In this document: one piece after another, positions 38,845-49,459 of the stretch | Layout of the letters: each line of letters starts with the position of its first letter | Numbering within the stretch: the stretch's first letter is position 1 | Origin: Anaerolineae bacterium | Lineage (GTDB): Bacteria; Chloroflexota; Anaerolineae; JACRMK01 | Direction of reading: 5' to 3' | DNA length: 64,000 bases | NCBI GenBank assembly: GCA_038198935.1 | Contig: JBBPZQ010000127.1 | Coordinates: 824 to 64,823 of the forward strand | Notes under the pieces: generated by a model | What the model was told of the DNA's origin: nothing | The model's database searches: none | What the model saw: only the letters and a program-made list of their open reading frames with translations | Program-made: the position numbers and the translations under genes

Positions 38845-40746
38845 CTACGGCGTTACTCGCAGCGCGTCGCTGCCGTCTTCCAGTTTCAGCCGCTCGCCGC
38901 TGCGCGCATCGTACAGACCCACTTCAATTCGTGAGACATTGGCCTCAGACGCGAGGTAGTGAATGTCCTTCACGATCTCGCCTACCTCCCACTGCGTCGT
39001 CGGCATGAAGCCATTCGCAGGCGGGCTGTCGTGCTGGCCCACCAGCGTTCCGTTCGCAGCGAGCGCGTGCACGAACACAGTGTAGTTGGTGACGAGCGGC
39101 GTGCCTGCCTTCCACCACAACGTCACGCGCAGCGCGCGCGCGCCCCACGCGCGCTCCGTTGGCTGATAGGCTCCCTCGGCGTCGGCATCCGCAATCTCGT
39201 AACCGAGTAAGTGAATCGTCTGAGAAAATAGTTGATCGCGCATGTGCGCGATCACGGGCTCGTCCGTGTAGCGCAGCAACTTGTAGTCGCACGCATCGCC
39301 GATCAGTATATAGTCTGGTCGCGCGAGAAATTGGTTGAGTGCGTGCGGCACTTCGAGCGGACGGAACGGCGTCCAATTGTTGTGGCCGTCGCTCAGGTCA
39401 ACACGACCGTCGAGCACGACATACTCGGCCGTCGGCTCGCCCAGCGATGGAAACACATTTAGCGCGCGGCGATGCGCGAGGTGCGGCAGCAGATTGTCCT
39501 GCGCGCTGATGGATGCGTTCGGCGGCACGAGCGCCAGCACACGCTGCGCGCAAGCCCGGCGTGCGCTCACGTCGAAACGCATCGGCGCGAACTCGCGCGC
39601 GAAAGGACCAACACTCCACAACCAATACGACAAGCCGCCCAACAGCAGCAGCGCAACCGTCATCGCGCGTGCCAATTGGCGCGGGGCAGAGGCAATCGCC
39701 ATTGAAGTCGCGACGAATAGAATCGGCAGCAGTGGCGCGACATACCAAGCCTGCAACTGCGATACGCTCTGCTTATCGCTCAACAACAAATACGCGAAGA
39801 CGGGCAGCGCCACTGCGAATAAACTCGGCGCAAGCACCGGCAAGAACGCAAGCGGCAGCAGCACGCGCGCGACGGCGATAATCTTTGGCGCGGAGAGGTA
39901 GCGCGACACGAGCAGCAGCGGATCGGTGAGCAGACGCACGATACCTTGTGTTGGCGTTGGCGCGATGTCACCATAGCGATCCTGCCAATGCGAGATAGCA
40001 TCGGGCAGCATGCTCGGCAGTATGCCCCACACGAACACGAGCCATGCAACGGCGACGACGATCAGCAACATGCCCGCTCGCACAGCGTGCGGCTTGACTA
40101 CGAGCATGTACACGCCGACCGCCGCAACCACAATGGCGAGTTCTTCTTTGACGACGAGCGCCGCTAAAAGCAGAGCGAAGACGGAAGGCGAATGACGTAG
40201 GCGCGCTACGTCCGCCGTCCGCGGTCCGTCGTCGGTGGTTCGTCGCGCAAGCAACCACAGCGCGAACGCCATGAGCGGCGCGGCGAGCGCGATCTCGTGG
40301 AACTCACTCAGTGCGACGCCAAGCAGCGCAGGATTGAGATACAGTGCGAGCAGTGTGAACACGGCGAGGCGCGGATGACGCTCGCGCACAAGCAGGTAAC
40401 ATGGCACGACGCTCAGCGCGAGCGCGAGTGCCTGCGCAATCAGCAACATGCGCGGGTCCGACCACAAGCGGTAGAGTAGCGCGACGGCAATCAATGCGGG
40501 CGAGAAGTGATCGGCGAGGAAGATTTCGGGCTTGTCGGGCAGGTCGTTAACGAAGGGACGACCTTGAGAGGTGTTCCACACGACGTTATCGAAGTACGCC
40601 ATGTCGAAGGCGTGCGTGTGAAACGAGTCGTGCTGGCGCACCGCAAGCGCGGACGCGAACACGACATACGAGAGGAAGAGCACAACGGGTGCGATGCGCC
40701 ACGCGACGCCGAGTTGGCCCGCGCGCAGAGACGAATCGCGTCTCAC
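38845..40746 (-). CDS. DUF2079-like polytopic membrane protein with C-terminal beta-domain homologous to GT-C repeats
   Basis: HAFDMAYFDNVVWNTSQG N-terminal motif; at least 10 TM; C-terminal LRVTLWWKAGTPLVTNYTVFVHALA... matches repeat 3 of the 1008-aa protein. Confidence 0.6.
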   Translation of the reverse strand: MRRDSSLRAGQLGVAWRIAPVVLFLSYVVFASALAVRQHDSFHTHAFDMAYFDNVVWNTSQGRPFVNDLPDKPEIFLADHFSPALIAVALLYRLWSDPRMLLIAQALALALSVVPCYLLVRERHPRLAVFTLLALYLNPALLGVALSEFHEIALAAPLMAFALWLLARRTTDDGPRTADVARLRHSPSVFALLLAALVVKEELAIVVAAVGVYMLVVKPHAVRAGMLLIVVAVAWLVFVWGILPSMLPDAISHWQDRYGDIAPTPTQGIVRLLTDPLLLVSRYLSAPKIIAVARVLLPLAFLPVLAPSLFAVALPVFAYLLLSDKQSVSQLQAWYVAPLLPILFVATSMAIASAPRQLARAMTVALLLLGGLSYWLWSVGPFAREFAPMRFDVSARRACAQRVLALVPPNASISAQDNLLPHLAHRRALNVFPSLGEPTAEYVVLDGRVDLSDGHNNWTPFRPLEVPHALNQFLARPDYILIGDACDYKLLRYTDEPVIAHMRDQLFSQTIHLLGYEIADADAEGAYQPTERAWGARALRVTLWWKAGTPLVTNYTVFVHALAANGTLVGQHDSPPANGFMPTTQWEVGEIVKDIHYLASEANVSRIEVGLYDARSGERLKLEDGSDALRVTP

Positions 40747-43562
40747 TTCGCCTCGTCAGTTGGTTGAACTTGAATCCACTCGACCGCGCCCGCCACCGTC
40801 GGCGACGTGATGCGCTCGCCAATCGAGACGATGGCAGGACGGATGGGCGATGCATCTTCGCGGATGATGATGTTCTCGCCCGGCACCGTGATATAGCGAA
40901 CGAAGGCGTGGCTCGATCGCCAACCAACCGGTAGTTTGGAGCCTTCCGATTTCAATGCCATTGCCAATCTTAAGCTCGCACTCAGTGATGCCTCGTCGCG
41001 AACTGCCAACGCAACATTGTGGAACTTTTTATCGTGTTCCAGAAACTGCGCTAATCTGTCCGCTTCATTGGAAGACGCAAAGGTATCAAAATGATCTACA
41101 TAGTCCGCTGAGTTAATTCCTGTGATGAATGCGAGCAGATTGTATCCACGTTGATTCGGCGAGCGATCCTCTCCATCAATCCAGATATGAGCGAAATCGC
41201 CAACTTCTTCACCTGCACTTTTGACGACAACGAAACGATATGAATCAGGTTGACCGGTTTCACTTGGCAAATACCAAGTCGAGAACAGGGACGTCCATCG
41301 CAATGTCAACTCATTTAATCCCTCTGGCGTCCCTTGCATTTTAATCTGCACTCCATAATCCTTCGTGCCTTTCTGCAACGCAAACGAACCTGCCGGCCCA
41401 CCATTGACCAGTACGGTTAATTTCTGTCCTTCATCTGGCACGGTCACTCGCAGTGTGAGCACGACATCGGTATCCTGCTTCGGCATTAGCAGCCGCGTCT
41501 CATTGCGCTGCGCCCAAACGCGCTGCTCGCCCAACTCGCCCCAGCCGTCGGCGAAGTAAAGTCGCGCCATTGGCGACTTTGGATCAACCCCCACCCCTGC
41601 CCTTCCCCGCTGCGCAGGGGAGGGAGAGAGCCGATAGAGTCGCGTGCCGTCTGCATCGCGCCACAACTTGAGATCAGGCAGCACCGCTTCGAGCCACGGC
41701 TGCACTTTGCCACCGGCTTGCGCGCGCAGCACGATGTAGCGCACGTTGAAGAAGCGCATCACCTCGGGCGCGTACTGCTTGTCCTGCGCGAGCGTCGCCG
41801 CGTCGAGGTCGTGGCCCGTTTCGAGCGCGATGAGCGAATTGATGAGCGGCGCTTCGGTGAAGTATTGAAATTTCAATTCAGGGTTGCGGCTGGTGTTGCC
41901 GCTTAACATGCGCTTCTCGTGCACAGTCTGATAAAACTGGGACAGCATAAACACCTTGTCGAGCGTGCCCGTCACGCGGAAACTGTTGCGCCAGTCGAGC
42001 GGAATTTCGAGGACGGCGAAATCGCCGGGCTCATTGCGAATCTCGTCGTAGAACGACGGCGCGCGATAATCGGAGAGCGGCAAAACTGAAAAATGCTCAA
42101 CGAGTATTAGGAAGGAAATTAGGGAAGATAAAAGGAGATTAGGGGAAATCAATGCGTGCCCTTTATTTCTCTTATCTCCCCTAATCTCCCCTAATTTCCT
42201 CGCTTTCACGAGCAGATACTGAACACCGAACGCAACGAGCACCGCAACTCCGAGCGTGATCATCACCGAGTAGCGACTTGGATAGCGATTGCCTTTGAAA
42301 AATGGCAAGACTTGGAAGACGGCGAAGGGAAGCGGGATCGGAAACGCATTGCCATTCACTCGCAATTCGGGTCCGAGCGCGATGACGGCGAACGCGAGCG
42401 TCGTGACGCTCCAAAATTTCGCGAGCGTGTAGCGCCGATACACCCGCGCGCCGATGAGCGCAAGCGCCAGCGTCAGCCAGCCGACGAACACAAAGTTGAT
42501 GTAGGGAAACTCAAACCAAGTATCCAACCAGCCAACTATCGGATTCAACTTGCTCGGCACGAAGAAGCCAATCACGTCCGCTGAGAACGCATCTGCAAAG
42601 CCGGAGCCTTGCACGAGATAGTCGCCTTCGACGCGCAACTCTTGGATCATCGGCACGATGATCGGCGCGAAGCCGACGACGAATACGATGGCGACGAGCG
42701 CCAGCGCGAGCGTCATGCGCCAGAACGATTGCCGCGCACGCCAGTGCCACAGCCAGAAGAAAAATGTGAACACAATTAAAAACGAAGCGAAGGTGAATTC
42801 GGCATAGGCTTGCAGCAACAAGAACGTTGCGGCGAGGATGGCGTGACGAGCGGGGAGAAGCGAGTGGCGAGATGTCCTGTGCCGCAGGCATTCGCCTGCT
42901 TTGCGCGCAATTGCGCGCGGCACAGGATGCGCGAGTGGCGTGCGGTGAGTGGCGAACAAGTCAGAACGCAGCTTGAACAGGTACAGCACGTAGAATGGAA
43001 TCCACTGCGACGATGCTATGTTGAACTGGCCCAGCGAGGCATAGAGCATCTTGTTCGACGAGAAGGCAAACACAATGCCTGCGATAAACGCCGCCCAATC
43101 TCCAGTCTCCAGTCCCCAGTCCGCAATCCCTAACTCTTCAACCAACAGAAACATTCCATATCCGCACAACACAAACGACGACAACAACAGCATGTTCGCC
43201 GCAGGCACGAGCCCGAACACGGCTTGCAACGGGAGCGAGAGCGCGTCGTTCAGCAGCGTGAGCGTGTAGAAGACGAGGTTGATGCCAATCGGATAGAACA
43301 TGAAGTCGGTCGTGAGCGGCGAGGTGTGCAGATCGAGCAGCGCATGTTTGAACCACCACAAGTTCCATGTCAGCGCGGGGTCGTCGCTGCCATCGCCGAC
43401 GACGTGCGTCGTGAAATTCGCGGCGAGGGGCCAAGTCAGCACCAGTGCGAGCAGAGTATATGCGCCGAGCACGAGCAAATGTTTTCGCACGCAGCAGACT
43501 ATACCACAGAGACATATTTGGGCTAAACACTGTGCGCCAATTAGTGAACAAAGCACCGACAT
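40743..43562 (-). CDS. large polytopic membrane protein, probable glycosyltransferase/YfhO-like, carrying two in-frame palindromic insertions
   Basis: At least 12 TM N-terminal half, large C-terminal soluble domain; start overlaps downstream-gene stop. Confidence 0.55.
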   Translation of the reverse strand: MSVLCSLIGAQCLAQICLCGIVCCVRKHLLVLGAYTLLALVLTWPLAANFTTHVVGDGSDDPALTWNLWWFKHALLDLHTSPLTTDFMFYPIGINLVFYTLTLLNDALSLPLQAVFGLVPAANMLLLSSFVLCGYGMFLLVEELGIADWGLETGDWAAFIAGIVFAFSSNKMLYASLGQFNIASSQWIPFYVLYLFKLRSDLFATHRTPLAHPVPRAIARKAGECLRHRTSRHSLLPARHAILAATFLLLQAYAEFTFASFLIVFTFFFWLWHWRARQSFWRMTLALALVAIVFVVGFAPIIVPMIQELRVEGDYLVQGSGFADAFSADVIGFFVPSKLNPIVGWLDTWFEFPYINFVFVGWLTLALALIGARVYRRYTLAKFWSVTTLAFAVIALGPELRVNGNAFPIPLPFAVFQVLPFFKGNRYPSRYSVMITLGVAVLVAFGVQYLLVKARKLGEIRGDKRNKGHALISPNLLLSSLISFLILVEHFSVLPLSDYRAPSFYDEIRNEPGDFAVLEIPLDWRNSFRVTGTLDKVFMLSQFYQTVHEKRMLSGNTSRNPELKFQYFTEAPLINSLIALETGHDLDAATLAQDKQYAPEVMRFFNVRYIVLRAQAGGKVQPWLEAVLPDLKLWRDADGTRLYRLSPSPAQRGRAGVGVDPKSPMARLYFADGWGELGEQRVWAQRNETRLLMPKQDTDVVLTLRVTVPDEGQKLTVLVNGGPAGSFALQKGTKDYGVQIKMQGTPEGLNELTLRWTSLFSTWYLPSETGQPDSYRFVVVKSAGEEVGDFAHIWIDGEDRSPNQRGYNLLAFITGINSADYVDHFDTFASSNEADRLAQFLEHDKKFHNVALAVRDEASLSASLRLAMALKSEGSKLPVGWRSSHAFVRYITVPGENIIIREDASPIRPAIVSIGERITSPTVAGAVEWIQVQPTDEAK
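41587..41632. repeat. GC-rich palindromic element in frame (family copy C)
   Basis: cccccacccctgcccttccccgctgcgcaggggagggagagag; near-identical core to copy A; encodes SPSPAQRGRAGVGVDPKS on minus strand. Confidence 0.65.
42105..42207. repeat. second-type nested-palindrome element (cccctaatctcc / ggagattagggg units) in frame
   Basis: aggaaattaggg-aagataaaa-ggagattagggg ... cccctaatctcc-cccctaatttcct; AT-richer than host gene; encodes KARKLGEIRGDKRNKGHALISPNLLLSSLIS. Confidence 0.6.
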
Positions 43563-43703
43563 TCTGAGCGGCGCAACGCGCAGTCGAAGCGTGGTACGTC
43601 ACGGCCCACTCGGTTACCGTGATCGCCCAGCCAGCGCGCCTATACCAAACCTTAAAACTTATGTGGTACAATAGCGCCCCGTTAATCGGAAAAGGAGTTT
43701 TAG

Positions 43704-46166
43704 ATGGCCAGCACACGTCGGCGTGCACGCGCGCCGCGTTCCAGCGCGATCGTGTTGCCTGAATATGCGCTCATCCCGCTGCGCGAAACGGTTTTGCTTC
43801 CCAAAGTCGCCGCACCGCTCCTCATCGGGCGCGAGCATTTGTTGCTCGCGCTTGAAGAGGCGATGGACAACGAGAAAATGGTCGTGCTCGTTGCGCACAA
43901 AGACTCGTCCGATCACGAGCCAACGCCTGAGCAACTGCACTCAATTGGGACGCTTGTCGAAGTGGGACGCTTGCTCAAAATGGCGGATGGCTCGTCGTCG
44001 TTGCTGGCGATGGGCGTGCAGCGCGTGAAGATTCTCGATTACGTGCAAAGCGAGCCGTTTTACAAAGTACGAGTCATGCCGATCTTCGAGCCGAACGCGG
44101 ATTCGGTTGCGACGGAAGCATTGGTGCGCGCGGTGCGTTCGCTGTTCGAGCAGTGCGCACAGTTGGGCGGGCACGTGGCTGACGACGTTTATAGCCTTGC
44201 CGTCAACGCCGACCACGCGGGCGCGCTCGCCGACATCGTGGCGTCCACGCTGAAGCTGAGCAAGAGCGAGAAACAGGAACTACTCGAAACACTCGACCCG
44301 TCGGCGCGTCTGCAAAAGGTGCACGCTTACCTCAGCAAAGAAGTGCAAGTCATGGAGTTGGAGCACAAGATTCACGAACGCGTACACGAGGAACTGGACA
44401 AGTCGCAGCGCGACTATTTTTTGCGCGAGCAATTGCGCGTCATCCAAAACGAATTGGGCGAGGGCGGCGCGCACTTCGGCGAGTACAAAGAAGTACACGA
44501 TACGTTATCGCAGTTACAGCTGCCGGTCGAAGTGCGGCGCAAGGCAGAGAAAGAACTGGAGCGGCTCGTGCAGATGCCGCCCGCGTCGCCCGAAGTGGGC
44601 ATCATCCGCACGTATCTCGATTGGCTCAGTGAGCTGCCGTGGTCACAGGCGAGCGAAGACAGCATTGACATGTCGCAGGTCGAGCGCGTCTTGAACAAAA
44701 ATCATTTTGCGCTGCCAAAAGTCAAAGCACGCATCATCGAGCACATTGCCGTGCGCAAGCTCGCACCAAATGAGATGCGCACGCCGATCCTGTGCTTTGT
44801 TGGGCCACCCGGTACCGGCAAGACTTCGCTCGGCAAATCCATCGCCGAAGCATTGGGGCGCAAATTCGTGCGCGTCTCGCTCGGCGGCATCCGCGACGAA
44901 GCGGAGATTCGCGGGCATCGGCGCACCTACATCGGCGCGATGCCCGGCCGCATCGTTCAGACCATGCGCCGCGCGGGGACGATCAACCCAGTGTTCATGC
45001 TCGACGAGATTGACAAGATCGGCGCGGACTATCGCGGCGATCCGTCGGCGGCACTGCTCGAAGTGCTCGACCCTGAGCAGAATTTTTCTTTTTCCGATCA
45101 TTATCTCGACTTGCCTTATGATCTGTCGAAAGTGATTTTCATTTGCACCGCGAACTGGCTGGAGCCGGTGCCATGGGCGCTGCACGACCGCCTCGAAGTG
45201 ATTCCATTCTCTGGCTACACGGAACATGAGAAACTGCGCATCGCCAAAATGTATTTGGTTCCAAAACAATTGAAAGAGCATGGACTGAAATCGTTGAACT
45301 TCAACGATGCCGCACTGCGCATGCTGATCCGCGAGTACACTTACGAAGCGGGCGTGCGCAATCTCGAGCGCGAGATCGCGAATGTGTGCCGTAAGGTCGC
45401 GCGGCGCGTCGCCGAAGACAAGACAACGGTTCGGCAGGTCACGCGGCAGGTAGTCACGAAGTTTTTGGGACCCGCCAAATTTGATTTTGGCGTGATGGAA
45501 GACGAGGATCAAATCGGCGTGGCCATGGGTGTGGCGTGGACGGCCGGTGGCGGCGACACGATGCCGATTGAAGTCACGATCATGGACGGCAAAGGCGGCA
45601 TGCAATTGACGGGTAAACTCGGCGATATGACACAGGAATCGGCGCACGCCGCGTTCTCGTATGCGCGCTCGCACGCACGCGAACTCGGCGTCACGACGAA
45701 CTTTGATCGCATTGACATCCATGTGCACTTCCCCGAAGGTGCCGTACCGAAAGATGGACCGAGCGCGGGTATCACGCTGGCGACGGCGCTCATCTCTGCG
45801 CTCTTGCGGCGGCCCGTGCGGCGCGACGTGGGCATGACGGGCGAGATCACCCTGCGCGGTCGCGTGCTGCAGATAGGCGGCCTGAAGGAGAAGGCGCTCG
45901 CCGCCCATCGCGCCGGATTGAAAGTGCTAATCATCCCGCTCAAGAATCGCAAAGACTTGCCCGACGTGCCGCGCGAGGTACAGCGCGATCTCAAGTTGAT
46001 TTTCGTAAAGAACATGAACGACGTGCTGTCCGTGGCGCTCGTGCCCGAACGCCGTCAAACCGTGCAGACGCGCAAGAACACGCCGCGTCGCGAACGCTCG
46101 CTGCGCCGCCGTGACGCAATGCGCCCACCAACCGAAGCGCCGAGTGCGCCGCCGCCGGCTCCATGA
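43704..46166 (+). CDS. lon: ATP-dependent Lon protease
   Basis: LON N-domain, AAA+ Walker [11 protein letters not shown]16 protease domain with catalytic Ser (DGPSAG) and Lys. Confidence 0.95.
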   Translation: MASTRRRARAPRSSAIVLPEYALIPLRETVLLPKVAAPLLIGREHLLLALEEAMDNEKMVVLVAHKDSSDHEPTPEQLHSIGTLVEVGRLLKMADGSSSLLAMGVQRVKILDYVQSEPFYKVRVMPIFEPNADSVATEALVRAVRSLFEQCAQLGGHVADDVYSLAVNADHAGALADIVASTLKLSKSEKQELLETLDPSARLQKVHAYLSKEVQVMELEHKIHERVHEELDKSQRDYFLREQLRVIQNELGEGGAHFGEYKEVHDTLSQLQLPVEVRRKAEKELERLVQMPPASPEVGIIRTYLDWLSELPWSQASEDSIDMSQVERVLNKNHFALPKVKARIIEHIAVRKLAPNEMRTPILCFVGPPGTGKTSLGKSIAEALGRKFVRVSLGGIRDEAEIRGHRRTYIGAMPGRIVQTMRRAGTINPVFMLDEIDKIGADYRGDPSAALLEVLDPEQNFSFSDHYLDLPYDLSKVIFICTANWLEPVPWALHDRLEVIPFSGYTEHEKLRIAKMYLVPKQLKEHGLKSLNFNDAALRMLIREYTYEAGVRNLEREIANVCRKVARRVAEDKTTVRQVTRQVVTKFLGPAKFDFGVMEDEDQIGVAMGVAWTAGGGDTMPIEVTIMDGKGGMQLTGKLGDMTQESAHAAFSYARSHARELGVTTNFDRIDIHVHFPEGAVPKDGPSAGITLATALISALLRRPVRRDVGMTGEITLRGRVLQIGGLKEKALAAHRAGLKVLIIPLKNRKDLPDVPREVQRDLKLIFVKNMNDVLSVALVPERRQTVQTRKNTPRRERSLRRRDAMRPPTEAPSAPPPAP

Positions 46167-46220
46167 AAATCTGTGGTCATTGATCGTGTCCTCATTCGGT
46201 TAGCCGTATAATATTGCATT

Positions 46221-47450
46221 GTGATCAATCATTTGCTTCGTGATGGGCTTGCGCTGATTGCGCGCATCGGCGCCGATCCGAACGACAGCGACGAGATTCG
46301 CCTCAAGAAAGAATTGTCCGTCGGCATTGCGCTGGCGGGCATCGTGTCGCTGTCCGCGTGGGCGCTTTTGCTGTTTCAGTATGGCGAGCTGCTCGCCGCG
46401 AGTTTATGGCTTGCCTTCGCGCTGGAACTGGTATTCGTGATCTTCGTCGTCGCAGCCACGCATAAGTTTTACAATTGGCTCGCCGTGCTGCAAGTCGTGC
46501 TCGTGCTGCTGGTGCCGCTCGTGTCGTATCTGCTGCTGGGCGGGCTGGTGCTGCTGGGCGGTGTGCTGTGGGGCTTTCTCTCGCCGCTGATGGCGCTGTT
46601 CTTCTTGGGCCGCCGCGCCGCGACGTTTTGGTTCTTTGCCTACGTGCTCTCGATTGTCGTCGGACTCGCCTTGCAGCCACTCTTTCCGCCCAGCACCCAC
46701 ATGGGCGGGAACCTCGTCCTGCCGCTGTTCGCAATCACGCTCATCTCAGTCTCACTGTTCACCTACGGGGCGTTGTATTATTTTGTCGGACAGCGCAACT
46801 TGTTTCAGGAGCAAGCGGATAATCTGCTGCTTAATATTCTGCCTGCCGACATCGCGGCAATCCTCAAACGCGAGCAGCGCACCATCGCCGACCAGTACGA
46901 TGACGCGAGCATCCTGTTCGCCGACGTCGTAAACTTCACGCCGCTGTCGGCGTCGCTCACGCCTGCTGAATTGATCGAATTGCTCAACGAAGTCTTCTCA
47001 CATTTCGATTTGCTCGTCGAGCAGCGATCATTGGAAAAGATCAAAACGATTGGCGATGCGTACATGGTCGCGGCGGGCGTGCCGCGACCGCGCGCCAATC
47101 ACGCGCAGGCACTGGCGGATCTCGCGTTGGCGATTCAGGCTTACGCACAGTCGCATCAGTTTCGCAACGGGCGCAAGATCAGTTTTCGCATTGGCATCAA
47201 TTCGGGTCCGGTTGTCGCGGGGGTGATCGGGCGCAAGAAGTTCATTTACGATCTGTGGGGCGACGCCGTGAACGTCGCCAGCCGCATGGAATCCACCGGT
47301 GCGAGCGGCATGATTCAGATCACACGCGCGACGTATGAGCGTATTCGCGACGAGTTTGCGTGCGAGCCGCGCGGCATGTTGAATGTCAAGGGCAAGGGCG
47401 AGGTCGAGGTGTGGAACGTGATCGGGCGCAAGGCGAATGGGATAAAATAA
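46221..47450 (+). CDS. membrane-anchored class III adenylate/guanylate cyclase
   Basis: N-terminal 5-6 TM helices; C-terminal CYCc domain (FADVVNFT...IGDAYMVAAG...GPVVAGVIG). Confidence 0.8.
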   Translation: MINHLLRDGLALIARIGADPNDSDEIRLKKELSVGIALAGIVSLSAWALLLFQYGELLAASLWLAFALELVFVIFVVAATHKFYNWLAVLQVVLVLLVPLVSYLLLGGLVLLGGVLWGFLSPLMALFFLGRRAATFWFFAYVLSIVVGLALQPLFPPSTHMGGNLVLPLFAITLISVSLFTYGALYYFVGQRNLFQEQADNLLLNILPADIAAILKREQRTIADQYDDASILFADVVNFTPLSASLTPAELIELLNEVFSHFDLLVEQRSLEKIKTIGDAYMVAAGVPRPRANHAQALADLALAIQAYAQSHQFRNGRKISFRIGINSGPVVAGVIGRKKFIYDLWGDAVNVASRMESTGASGMIQITRATYERIRDEFACEPRGMLNVKGKGEVEVWNVIGRKANGIK

Positions 47451-47483
47451 ATTGCAATTCGATTTTTGTGAAAGGCTGCGTGC

Positions 47484-47867
47484 ATGATCTGTCCAAACTG
47501 CGGCAAACACAATCGCGAGGGCGCAAAGTTCTGCGACGAGTGCGGCATCGTGCTGCCGACTAGCGCGGCTGCCCCGCGTGCGACCACGACTCCGCCCAAC
47601 ACGCCATATGCGGCGCGTCCACAGCGAATGGTGGCACGGCGTGCCGTCTCGGACGAGCCCCCGACGCCGGTGTTGGACGAAACAGCCGACACGCGCTCGG
47701 ATGAGCAGCCAAGCGGCACGACCATGCTCGACGACATCGGCCAATCTGATACGGGTCGTGCGCGCCGAATGTTTGCATTGATCGCCGGATTACTCATTCT
47801 TTCGCTGTGCGTATGCTGCGGCGCAGCCGCTATCGCGCTGTATGCGCTCACGCAGAATCCGTCGTGA
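47484..47867 (+). CDS. zinc-ribbon protein with C-terminal TM helix
   Basis: MICPNCGK...CDECG zinc ribbon; disordered linker; hydrophobic C-terminus. Confidence 0.55.
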   Translation: MICPNCGKHNREGAKFCDECGIVLPTSAAAPRATTTPPNTPYAARPQRMVARRAVSDEPPTPVLDETADTRSDEQPSGTTMLDDIGQSDTGRARRMFALIAGLLILSLCVCCGAAAIALYALTQNPS

Positions 47868-47913
47868 ATGGTGTCGTCGAAAGTTGTGTGATGCGCCGAC
47901 TTGTTTTTGAATC

Positions 47914-49293
47914 ATGAACGAGCGTGAACTGCGCGAGTTGATTGACGGCGGCGTGGGTACCAACGTCGAATTGTTAAGCGAGCCTGTGTCGCTGCGCGAG
48001 CTGGCTGGCGCACTCATCGCGTTTGCGAATGCCGAGGGCGGCACCGTCGTGGTCGGTGCGAACAAGAGCAGTGAAATCATCGGTTTGAAGGCACCTGAGC
48101 GCGCGTCTGAGGTGGCGATGCGCGCCACGCTGGCGAGCACGCCGTCGCTCATGCTGCCGCTGCCGGAGCCAATCATAGTGGACGGACGCACACTGCTGGT
48201 CGTGAGCGTGCCCAAAGGTCTGCCGCACGTTTACCATTTGCGCGGACAATATTTGATCCGCGATGAGAAGCGTAACGTGCCGATGCCCGCGCGCCGCTTG
48301 CGCCAACTGCTGCTCGAACGCGGCGAACTCGGCTACGAATCGCAATTCGTGACCGGTGCGACGCGCGACGATTTGGACGAGCGCAAGATACAGAATTATT
48401 TGAACGCGGTCGAAGTATTTGCCGACGAAGACCTAGGCGATGTGCTACTGCGGCGCGGCTGCCTGCGCAAAGATGGCGGAGAACTAAAGCCTACAGTCGC
48501 CGGCGTGCTGATGTTTGGGCGCGAGCCGACGCGCTTCTTGCGTCAATGCAGCATCCTGCTCACGCACTACCTCAGCGAGCAGATGAGCGACGATTTCAGC
48601 AAGGAAGAAGTGCGCGACACGTTGCCCGAACAGATTCGCCGCGCCGAAAACTTTTTAGTCGCGCACATGCGCAAGTCGCAGCGCATCACGCGGCTGGAGC
48701 GCGAAGAAAAGTTTGAGTATCCGCGCGCCGCCATCCGCGAAGTCATCGTCAACGCGGTCGCGCATCGAGACTACTCGATTCGCGGCGACGAGATTCGCAT
48801 CAGCATGTTCAGCGACCGCATCGAAGTCTATTCGCCCGGCCGCCTGCCCGGCCACGTCACGGTCAAAAACATTGTAGCAGAGCGTTTCAGTCGCAATGAC
48901 GTGATAGTGCAACTACTGGCTGATCTCGGCTACATCGAGCGGCTCGGCTACGGCATTGATCGGCTGCTGCGCTTGATGAAGGAGAACGGTCTGCCGAGAC
49001 CGCGCTTCACAGAGACGACGAATGGGTTTAAGGTGATGCTGATGGGACCGGCGGATGGATTCAAGGTCGAGACACTGGATGTCGCGCGCTGGCAGCGGCT
49101 CGGCTTGAACGAGCGGCAGGAAGCGGCACTGCGCTGGATACAAAAGCAACAGCGCATCACCAATCGTGATTATCACGACCTGTATCCGGATGTGTCAGAA
49201 GAGACGATTCGGCGCGACTTGGCAGAGTTGGTGGATAAGAACATCTTACTGAAAATAGGCGACAAGCGCGCAACATATTACATTCTCAAGTGA
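47914..49293 (+). CDS. AlbA_2 (Schlafen-like) plus HATPase_c_4-type putative transcriptional regulator with C-terminal wHTH
   Basis: N-terminal divergent AAA-4/AlbA_2 DNA-binding region; central ATPase-like; C-terminal HTH. Confidence 0.55.
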   Translation: MNERELRELIDGGVGTNVELLSEPVSLRELAGALIAFANAEGGTVVVGANKSSEIIGLKAPERASEVAMRATLASTPSLMLPLPEPIIVDGRTLLVVSVPKGLPHVYHLRGQYLIRDEKRNVPMPARRLRQLLLERGELGYESQFVTGATRDDLDERKIQNYLNAVEVFADEDLGDVLLRRGCLRKDGGELKPTVAGVLMFGREPTRFLRQCSILLTHYLSEQMSDDFSKEEVRDTLPEQIRRAENFLVAHMRKSQRITRLEREEKFEYPRAAIREVIVNAVAHRDYSIRGDEIRISMFSDRIEVYSPGRLPGHVTVKNIVAERFSRNDVIVQLLADLGYIERLGYGIDRLLRLMKENGLPRPRFTETTNGFKVMLMGPADGFKVETLDVARWQRLGLNERQEAALRWIQKQQRITNRDYHDLYPDVSEETIRRDLAELVDKNILLKIGDKRATYYILK

Positions 49294-49459
49294 ATTCGCG
49301 CGCGTGGCACGCGCTGTCATATTCGCACAACGTATCCCACACCTAACCCACAGTTATCCCACACTTATCCACACGGTTTCCACAGTCTTTATCGCACCGT
49401 GAGTGACGTGTTTAATAATGCAGTGTGATCGGTCGGAAAAACTAAAAGGCTCGTTTAAA

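Noticed and set aside
44643-45908. 421-aa minus-strand ORF within lon
   Set aside because: It is antisense to Lon, and high-GC open antisense frames are common in such genomes.
46221-47450. Pycsar/CBASS-like cyclase defence system
   Set aside because: The cyclase carries its own multi-TM domain like housekeeping class III cyclases, and no effector or CD-NTase partner is adjacent.
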